Origin: Leucoraja ocellata
Lineage: Eukaryota
Direction of reading: 5' to 3'
NCBI GenBank assembly: GCA_036785375.1
Contig: JAWMAR010001182.1
Location: 124,001-188,000, forward strand
DNA: 64,000 bases
Position numbers and translations under genes: made by a program. The notes beneath the pieces were generated by a model. It searched no databases. It had not been told where the DNA came from and saw only the letters and a list, made by a program, of their open reading frames with translations. Of this stretch, positions 54,493 through 64,000 are shown piece by piece (position 1 is the stretch's first letter; the number at the start of each line of letters is the position of its first letter).

Positions 54493-55334
54493 TCGCCTTT
54501 GTCTTGCTCTCTGTTCCGCTGATGCGGTTGGATGTGCCTGCTTTCCTGTTCTCTCTCATTTGGCGGTTTGCTTTCATTGTGTGCAGGTGTCCTGGTGGTT
54601 TTATTGTTTCCAACTGCGAGCTGCTTCTCCGGAATCCGTTTCCATAACTTTAGCCGCTAGCTGCAGAGAATTACAAGAGCTCTTATGACAGGGGGATAGA
54701 ACATGTGACCAGAGATCTGAAACGTGTGTTCTGTTTCATTCTCTCTCAGTCCTGGATAACCTGGTTAATAACTGCAGATTTTACAATTTTAGTTATTAAA
54801 ACGAGGGTGTCTCTGGATGGAGGATGGGCTGGCCCGGAATTGTCACAATTACGTTACCCAATTCCACTTCACAGACACCCTGACAGACTTTCCAATTTCA
54901 GGTGATGATTGACCTTCACTAATAGCAGCAAAATCGTCCCGGACGCGGGAAGAATAGGAAGTCAATAAAACAAACTATTTACCGCAAATGGCGGATAAGC
55001 TGTAATGCAGATGGATATTTCACCATTGGGCCCTACTGAGTAATCCACATCTGTGTCGCAGGATATATCACTGGACACCAGATACATAGCTACAGCAACT
55101 GCTGAAATAAATCCCCTGATGGATATTCACGTGAGGGCATTAAAATTAAACACTTTAAATACGCATGGCGCCTTTCCCAATGGGCGACTGCACAAATGTG
55201 CAAATACCTTAAGGCCGTGATTACTGTTTTTGCTCAATGATCCGGTACTGAATTACTTCTCGACATCGCTGTAGTGTTGGAATTCCTCCACAACAGGAAC
55301 ATGACAACACCTCCACTAGAAGGTTGTTCCTTCG

Positions 55335-55750
55335 GTAGAATTTAGTAGATTGAGGGGGGATCTTATGGAAACTTATACAATTCTTAAGGGGTTGGACAGG
55401 CTAGATTGAGGAAGATTATTCCCGATGTTGGGGAAGTCCTGAACAAGGGGTCACAGTTTAAGGATAAGAGGGAAGTCTTTTAGGACACTCATTATTTTAC
55501 ACAAAGAGTGGTGAATCTGTGGAAATTTCTGCCAGAGAAGGTAGTTGAGGCCAGTTCATTGGCTATATTTAAGATGCAGTTAGATGTGGCCCTTGTGGCT
55601 AAAGGGATCAGGGGGTATTGAGAGGAGACAGGTACAGGATACTGAGTTTGGATGATCAGCCATGACCATATCGAATGACGGTGCAGGCTCGAAGGGCCGA
55701 ATGGCCTACTCCAGCACCTATTTTCTATGTTTCTATGTTTCTATGTTCCA
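55335..55750 (+). mobile_element. CR1 3' end with (TTTCTATG)n tail
   Basis: Reverse complement of the 10235-10640 type sequence. Confidence 0.85.
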
Positions 55751-55874
55751 GATCATAGCTCTACTATACTACCTCCATGGACTTCGCTGAAAGGACAGGT
55801 TGAACAGGCTAGGAATAAATTAGGCGGCGTAGTGTCGTAACTGTCGGCAACGATTTTGCAAGTTCTCACGGTTG

Positions 55875-56702
55875 GACAAGAAGGCGGCGCCTCGCGGCAA
55901 TGGCCTCCGCAGTCTGTCTCTCTTTTCTTTCTTTTTGTCTTGTTAGATGTATGTTTTGGTTTAGTTTTATATTAGTTTTAGATGTGTATATGTGGGCAGG
56001 AGGGGGGGGGGTGCAGGGGGGATTTTTAAATATCTTCCCCGTTCCTGGACTCGACCTTTTCCCTCTCGAGTGTCCGTTGTTGTTGGGGCCTAACATCGTG
56101 CAGCAGGCGGCCTCCAACCGGAATCGACCTGGGGCTCCAGTCGCACAGCCTGCGGACTCGCTATCGCGGAGCTGGCCGACATCGGTGCACGGAGCGCTGC
56201 GGTGGCGCGCGGTTGCGATCCGACTACGGCGCTTCGGAGGCTCCGGCTGCAGGCCCCGTGGAAGGTAACATCGGGAGCTCGCGGGTCCCTTGTGGGGGAC
56301 CACTTTTCGGAGCTCCCGCAACGGCAACTTCTCCCGCCCGAATCAAGGGGTTTAAATCGACCGGTAGCAGGGCCTTATATCGCCCGGCACGGCGTAAACG
56401 AACGCGGGACTTACCATGGTCCGCCGGGGTCTCGAACATCAAAAGCTTCGATCAGCTTGATGCAGCAGTTTGACTGCTTGACTGCGGGACAAGAATAAAG
56501 AACAGAGAACAGGGAAGAGATGAGACCTTTGCCTTCCATCACAATGAGGAGGTGTTTGGAGATTCAATGTGATGGATGTTTGTGTGGAATTGTGCTAATT
56601 GTGTGTGTTTTGTTGTTGTTGTTCTGTCTGCAGGAACGTAATTTCGTCCGAACCTACTTTAAAATGACAATACACATAATTCTGATTCCGATTCTGATTC
56701 TG
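55875..56702 (+). mobile_element. GC-rich non-autonomous retroposon with (ATTCTG)n tail, apparently splitting a SINE that continues to about 56900
   Basis: Inverted similarity to 44063-44835; 3' aaatgacaata plus microsatellite tail; SINE core resumes at about 56703. Confidence 0.65.
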
Positions 56703-57259
56703 ATGACTGCCTGGGTTTTCTCCGCGTGCTCCGGTTTCCTCCCAGACTCGAAGCACGTACAGAAATATAGTTTATTTTTAACGTCTATAAATAGTAAATT
56801 GTTTCCAGCTTGTAGTAGAGTGCTACTGTATGGGGTGATCGATGGTAAGCGCAGATTGTGTGGGACGAAGGGCCTGTGTGCACAGCGGATCTCTGATATC
56901 TTGAGCCTATGTTCCTTGGGCGCACGAGGCAGAGTGTATGAAGTCATTAGCGGATTGGACAACGTGAATCACACCTGAATCACAGTGGGAAACTTTATTC
57001 TGCTGTGTGGGGATGTTTTATGTTGGACTCTATCGTGTGTTGTGTTCTTTATTTTATTGTATGGCTGTATGTTGACCACACATTTCACTGTACCAACTGG
57101 TACATGAGACAAGTAAATGCATATTGTATCTTGTCCTTTACCCAGAGTTGGAGAATCAAGAACCAGAGGAATTAGGTTAAAGGTGAGAGGGGAAATGTTT
57201 AACAGGAACGGGAGGGAAACTTTTGCACTTGAGAAGGTGATGGGTATCACTTGGTGTCC

Positions 57260-58750
57260 TTGTTCATCACTCACTGAAAATAAGCATGCGGGTACAGCAG
57301 GCAGTGAAGAAAGCTAATTGCACGTTGGCCTTCATAACAAGAGGAATTGGGTATTGGAGTAAAGAAGCCATTCTGCAGTTGTGCAGGGCCCTAGTGAGGC
57401 CACACCAGGAGTATTGTGTGCAGTTTCGGTCTCCAGATTTGAGGAACGACATTCTTGCTATTGAAGAAGTGCACCGTAGGTTCACGAGGTTAATTCCCGG
57501 GATGGCGGGACTGTCATATGTGGATATAACGGAGCGGCTGGGCTTGTATACACTGGAATTTAGTATGCTGAGATTAGCTCTTTTTGAAACATAAAATATT
57601 ATTAAGGGATTGGGCACGTTGGAGGCAGGAACCATGTTCTCGATGTTGAGAGGGTCCAGGCCTAGGGACCACAGTTTAAGTATAAGGTGTAGGCTATTTA
57701 GCAATCGAGAGAGCACCCTAGCTTAAAAAGTAACACATGTGTTTGTGCAATAAATTAGTTTATGGGTCTGGAAGCGGAGAGAGAAGGTCCTGCAGATATG
57801 ATAGTTGGAAATTAGCTGATAAGCTTCTTTTCAATAGACAATAAGTGCAGGAGTACGCCATTCGGCCCTTCGAGCCACCACCGCCATTCAATGTGATCAA
57901 GGTTGATCATCCACAATCAGTACCCCGTTCCTGTCTTCTCCCCTTTTCCCCAGGCTCCACTATCTTTAAGAGACCTATCTAGTTCTCTCTTGACAGTATC
58001 CAGAGAACCGGCCTCCACAGACTCAGTACTCCATGTGTGAACATTTGTTTCGGCATCTCCATCTAAATGGCTTACCCCTTATTATTAAACCGTGGACCTG
58101 GTTCTGGGCTCTCCCAACATCGGGAACATGTTTCCTGCCTCGAGCGCGTCCAAACCCTCAATAACATTATATGTTTCAAAAAGAACCCCTCTCATCCTTC
58201 TAAATTCTAATAAATACAAGGCCAGTCACTCCATTATTTCAACATCTGCCAGACCAGCCATCCCGGTTAGAACCGACCGTTGGGAAAATCAAAGTTCTGA
58301 CAGTCTACCCTGTAGACGCCTATCATGAACTAATGTAAACTAACTAAGCTAGCACGCTGTACTAATTGGTGACCAGTAATAAAGTCATTAGTGAATGTCT
58401 TTGCCAACTAAGCAAGATGGACACCTTTAATAAGAACAGCGTGTTTTGGAGTCGCAGTTGCTCATTTACCGGAGTGGTGGCTGGATTAGCGGTGCAGGGA
58501 GAGATTGGTCATATTTGGATTCTTTCCCACTGGAATGTCGGAGATTGCAGGAAGATCTGGTTGAAGTATAGAAACATAGAAACATAGAAATTAGGTGCAT
58601 GAGTAGGCCATTCGGCCCTTCGAGCCTGCACGGCCATTCAATATGATCATGGCTGATCATCCAACTCAGTATCCCGTACCTGCCTTCTCTCCATACCCCC
58701 TGATCCCCTTAGCCACAAGGGCCACATCTAACTCCCTCTTAAATATAGTA
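57260..58750. mobile_element. Cluster of CR1 3' fragments (about 57260-57700 +, 57830-58265 -, 58567-58750 -)
   Basis: VQQAVKKAN...LVRPH.EYCVQF and CR1 3' UTR matches. Confidence 0.8.
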
Positions 58751-59534
58751 TATAACGTTATGAGAGGCTACGATAGGGTCTGCTCCCCCAACGCACCCGT
58801 TCCCTACCCGTAGCCCCCACAGGAGGCGTGGTCCCCCAACTCAAGCCGTTCCCGAACGTAAGTGAAGCTGATCACTGCTAGCCAACACATTGTGACGTCA
58901 CCAGTTGAAGCTAGTCGTTTTCAATTCAGTCTTTTGATTTTTTTTTTTACTTTAATCAGTAATGGCGAGAAATAAAGCATAACATGTTCAGCGAAGGTAT
59001 TTTCGGCCTCGAGAGGGAAAATGTCAATCAGAATATGTAAAAATGTAACCGTTACCACGTCGGGAGCGGACGATTTGGGGAGAGAGTACTCAACTCAAAT
59101 TTGGAGCTATACAAATCTCAGCCGCCATCGGTGAAGAAAATAAATTAATGAATTTCTCACATTTCCTTGCCCTGCAGGAGGAGATAAATCCGACTGTGAG
59201 CACTCATTAGAATCTCCATTAGGCAGAGTTCCAGCGTCGGCGCTGCATCAATGGAGGTGGGACATTAATGCAAATCGATTCAGCATATCTTTACCACACA
59301 GGTGAACTTACTCACTTTACCGCCCTCTACTGGACACTCGCTTGTTACTCATTGCTTGCATTAAAAATATAATTAGTAATGCCAACTTGTATGAATAACA
59401 CCCACTCACTACCTTTGGCTGCATCTGGTACTGAATTACTAATTGTACTGAAAACCGAAAGCATCTGTAAGAGGCAATGAGGCATTACATTCAGTGCGAG
59501 AAACAAATATAAAATGGAACTCTCATTAACGTAA

Positions 59535-60082
59535 TGTAAAGTTGGTCAGATCCTAACCAACTTTTACCGCTGTACCATCGAAAGCATCCTGATCACCTGC
59601 TTCACGGTATGGTACAGCAGTTGCACCGTAGCGGACAGGAAGGCACTACAACGGGTGGTGAAACCCGCTCAGTATATCATCGGTGCCCCGCTCCCTGCCA
59701 TGGATGCCCTGCACCGAAAACGGTGTCTGAGACGGGCCGGGAAGTTCATCAAAGACCCCTCCCACCCTAACCATGGACTGTTTGCCCACCTCCAATGAGG
59801 GAGGCGGTACAGGAGCCTCGGGTCTCGTACTAGTAGGAGGAGCTTCTACAAGAACACTATCACATTGCTGAACTCGGAGTCCCGCCGATAGATTCTCCAG
59901 TCTCTCCGTCCGCATTGTTTGCTTATTCTGTATGTTTTATTTCTATATTGCACTATTACTGCGGACTGAAACTAAACTGCATTTCGTTGTACCCGTACTT
60001 GTATCTGTGCAATGACAATAAAGTTGAATTGAATTGAATTGAATTGAATTGAATTGAATTGAATTGTATTGAATTGAATTGA
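59535..60082 (+). mobile_element. Rex/Babar-type LINE 3' fragment with (GAATT)n tail, downstream of gene D
   Basis: Encodes ILTNFYRCTIESIL...WY...DRKALQRVVK; tail 60024-60082; site empty in genes A-C; possible AATGT target duplication. Confidence 0.85.
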
Positions 60083-60345
60083 AAATGTTGCAGGAAGAAT
60101 TGTATTAAACACATTGGTGCACTGGGCATTTACATACGTAACCATGGAACGTCTCAAAGAATTGTAGAGTAATGGAGCATGCAATGTTTAGGACCATAAC
60201 TCTCAGTCTGTTTTCATTGCGTGCTGGAGACGTTGCCGCTGGATTCAAAATAAGGTGGAAACAGTTAACGGCGAGGCTCAATTCCGGAATCATTGGAGAT
60301 CTGCTCCAGTACAACATAGCACTCGGTGGGATTAGTAATGTAATG

Positions 60346-61259
60346 TTATTTTACACCAGGTGTTCTCGATTTTATTAAACTTACAGTTCGGTTGAAGGGG
60401 TACATGAGTACCTGGAGCAGCTGCTCTCTGAACCTCCTCTGGGTCACGGTGTAAATGAGCGTGTTTGTGCAGGTGTTCAACAGTTGTAGCAGAATTCCAG
60501 TTTGTTCAAATGTTGCAAATTGGTTCATCAACCCCCTGACCCAAAATGCATTCGTAATTCGATAGACAACGAAATATGCTACATTTGTGCCCCAGAGCAC
60601 CATAAAACTGCTGGAGATTGCAAGGAGTAAAATTACGGACCGTCTGCGGTTTGCGATCTCGGGGTCCTCATTACTGAGATCCCGGAGTTTTCTGCGGACA
60701 CGACTGGCCACTAAAATGCGTCTGACTGTGAGCACGTTCATCAGCATAATTAAACAAAATGGAATGACTGAGACTAGCAGCTGTTGAGTCCAGGAAAATG
60801 CTATCCACGAGGATACGCTGTAAAACTGATATTTTATTAGGCAGCCCCACTGTATACCCTGCAGATCACTGAAATAATAATTGTACGCAAAGGGCCAGGG
60901 GACGTTCAGTAAACAGAAGAACGCAGTTAGGGTCACTATAACCACCAGCGCGGTTCTCTCGGTGCAGTATCTGGTTCTCAGATTCTGAGTGGAAATGGCC
61001 ACAAAGCGATCAAATGTGAAAGCAACCGTGAGCCAAACAGAACAGGCAACGGCCGCTGGAGCGAGGAACATAATGGACCTGCACACAGTATTGTGTAAGA
61101 GGAATGAGTGCACCCAGTAAACGTCGGCAATCCGATGTAATATCACTTCGCAGACGATCACCAAGAGGTCCGCCGACGCCATGGCCACCAGGAACCGAGT
61201 GGTGCATTTGGAGAGACCACAATTTCTGCGCGACAGGATCACAATCGCCAACAAGTTCA
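60346..61259 (-). CDS. GPR139-like class A GPCR gene D, exon 2
   Basis: Intact paralogous ORF, same acceptor, 914 nt. Confidence 0.93.
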
Positions 61260-62919
61260 CTGGAAAAGAGAAAACTGTCGTTACATGTAAGGGAAACGCG
61301 ATGCTCATTTGGAGGCGGGGGTCAAACTTGGGTACGCTTTGCTTATTTGTTTGAAAACAACTAGCCTACATACAAACATGGGTGCGTGCTAAGGAGCTGT
61401 GCGGATTACGTAGCAGCGGTCTACGCAGGCAGCGTGAGCTGTCTCCCAGCCACACTTGTTGCACCGCAGACTGCATATTGCAGCAACATGTCCGCATCAG
61501 ACGTCATCGTCCTGGACCTAAACCCTTCCCGGGAACAGCCGGGCAGCAAGGAGTCGAAAGTCAGATTACCATTCCCAACACTACTCCCATCCAACCCATT
61601 GATAAGCTCCCGAGCCTAGCGATCAGCACACCAGCTTCTAATGTTCTAATGAACGTACCTTAATCAGTGAGAAGTAGTTATAACACCCCTTCCACAATAA
61701 ATCTCTACAACGGTGCCGCATAAAGACGTCTCATCCGGTTCCGGGTTCTTCCTCCCATGCACTCACGACCCCGCGGCCAAATGCGGCTGTGACTGCTCCC
61801 ACAAGCTCCCAGATGATGACAATCTCTATGTCTGTATCAACGAGGCCAAGGAGCAAGTTATCGATATCAGGGAATGCGGTGGATCACCGGTCAGCAACAA
61901 CGGTGCTGAAGTGGAAGTGATTGAGGACGTCAAGTTCCTCGGAGTTGATATTACCAACGATGTTTGTTGGACGACCACATCGAAGGGACAGCCAGCGGCA
62001 GACCAACACCTTTACGGAGAAGTCTTAGGAACGTTGACCTGCCTCTGATTACTCAAACATGCTGCGACAGATTAGCATAGAACGCATACTGTTGGGTATA
62101 TCACAGCTTGTTGTGGGGACATATATGTCCTATAAAGAGTAAATTGCGCAGGGTTCTGGAAGATGACGGGTCTCATTCCTTCTACTCCCTGCACCCGTCG
62201 GGCAGAAGATACAGAAGGCTTAAAGCTCGCACCACCAGACTCCAGAACAGATTCTTACCCTCTGTTGTCAGGCTTCTGAGCCGCTCTTCCATATGCCAGG
62301 GTATTGCCGTTTCACCTATATCATCTTGCGGACATTGGGCTTTGTGGATGTGATACGCTGCAGTGCGCTCCCAAACTTGAACTACGCTCTGCACTCCGAT
62401 TTCCCCTCTTACATTACCTGTTACTGAGATTGAATTCTTTGTACTGATATTTAATAGTATTTGATCTAATTTGGTTTTTCATGCAAACCAATGCTTTTTG
62501 CAGCTCCCGGAGAGACATGGCAACAATGCACCTAAACCTGAATCTGAAGAGAATTAACCTGTGACATATCCAATGAACGACGAACGATCAAGTAGCTTAA
62601 CAAAGGAATAGGTGACGTTTCTGGTCGAGACCCTTCTTCAGACTGATCAGTCTCGACCCGAAACGTCACCTATTCCTTCGCTTCATAGATGCCGCTTCAC
62701 CCGCTGTCCAATTCTCCAGCATTTTTGTCTAGCTTCGATTTCTCCAGCAACTGCAGTCATTTCTTAAACAAACATTTTCTAGCTAATACCGCAATAACCT
62801 GAAGAATGCAGTCTAGCATTCCCGTGTTTCGCACACTATTTACACTTTACCTTTAACAATGTTTTTATCAACACATCATCCCACGTCTCAGTCCCACTTA
62901 CTGCGTTCCCTTCACCTAC

Positions 62920-62989
62920 CGGGTACTCCGATTGCTGCCAGAATTGGATAATAATAATATTCAACTTCCAAGTGCCGCTTCCAACTCAT
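62920..62989 (-). CDS. GPR139-like GPCR gene D, exon 1 (MSWKRHLEVEYYYYPILAAIGVP)
   Basis: ATG at 62989, 70 nt, GTAGGT donor, phase 1. Confidence 0.88.
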
Positions 62990-64000
62990 TTTTCCTTCAA
63001 GCCGTCCGCAGTTATGCAGTGCAAAACTTAAAGGAGTCAAAGTGAGAAGTCAAACAGCGCTATATTTATATTCTTAGAAAAAACTGAAGGACTGCGTGCG
63101 TTCACCTCCCCGCGGACATTTATTGTGGACCGTTGAACAAATAGTTTGCTCCCATGTGATGCAAAGCGATCAAACTCATTATGCGACCGCCCGCTGCTCA
63201 GGCACCAGCTGAGCACCAACAGAACTAAGGAACTGTAAAATACGAGTGAACATTCTATTTTTAAATTTTAACGGGTGGCACACAGATGCAGCAAAATACG
63301 TGTAATGTAGCATTTATCCACACATACTACGATGTAATACAATATATTACTTGTCGCATTTGCAATGCATTTTCCAGACACCGTTCCATTCATTTAACAT
63401 GCACCCATTAATGATTTAATCTTGCATTATCCGTGGAGCTGCCTTTCAAAAGGAAAGATTATCATTTTTGGGCAGGGTCTAAATGATGTAAACCACAGGG
63501 AACCTTCTAGACGACATCATATACAATTCAGCTACAACAGCAGCATTAATGTATTTCAACTGTTGCCACTTCATGAAGTAAAGAATAGGCGAATATAATG
63601 TGTAATGTGACAACTGACTGGAAATATGCAGCGGCTAGAAATGTTCTTGATCAACAGATTATCTTTAAAGAAATGTGTTAATTCATAAAACACAGAGGTG
63701 AACAGTTTTGACGTTATTCCAGATATTAGAGCGAAATCTTCTCAATTCAATGATCCGTTGGAGATGTCAAGTATGTTGATGTACAAGGTGATTGAATCGG
63801 TTAAGGAGAATCTCACCGGCTGTAAATGTTTGGGGATAGATCATCCTGAAGAAAGTCTTGACCCAAGAAAGAAGTGTTATGTTTGCTGCACTCGACCTAA
63901 GCAATTCACTGACAAAAACTTCAGAGCAGTACACCACAGGGGGAGGGAAATTATTTTTCGAAATAGTGCATTTAGGATTCATTTAAGTATGCAACTCTAT

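Larger units (their letters stand above)
1..64000. repeat. Tandem segmental duplication array, period about 13-17 kb
   Basis: Homologous exon-1 ATGs at 1055, 16418, 29794, 45900, 62989 (spacings 15363, 13376, 16106, 17089); flanks and old TE insertions are shared between units. Confidence 0.95.

Noticed and set aside
56981-56987. Isolated CACAGTG heptamer
   Set aside because: No nonamer at 12 or 23 spacing and no coding segment.
58892-58901. Perfect CRE palindrome GTGACGTCAC
   Set aside because: No associated leader or V exon; the surrounding sequence looks like a repeat remnant.
59268-59275. Ig octamer ATGCAAAT
   Set aside because: Not conserved in paralogous copies (ATGCAAAA), no V gene follows, and expected by chance in 64 kb.

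Overview
Eukaryotic, repeat-rich genomic DNA, most likely from a cartilaginous fish (skate/ray; inferred from the SINE/CR1 families and the receptor family). The window is a tandem array of roughly 13-17 kb duplicated units. Each unit carries a two-exon, minus-strand class A GPCR of the GPR139/GPR142-like group: four complete 327-aa genes (A-D) plus the first exon of a fifth at the left edge. The ORF track misses the real 70-nt first exon (M[G/S]W[K/M]RHLxVEYYYYP...P), which splices in phase 1 onto a 914-nt second exon. Amino-acid differences between paralogs concentrate in the extracellular loops. One intact T-cell receptor alpha/delta V segment (leader exon, intron, V exon, RSS) lies on the opposite strand between genes C and D. 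The rest is nested CR1 LINEs of several ages, Rex/Babar-type LINE remnants, tRNA-derived SINEs and small non-autonomous elements; their boundaries are approximate.
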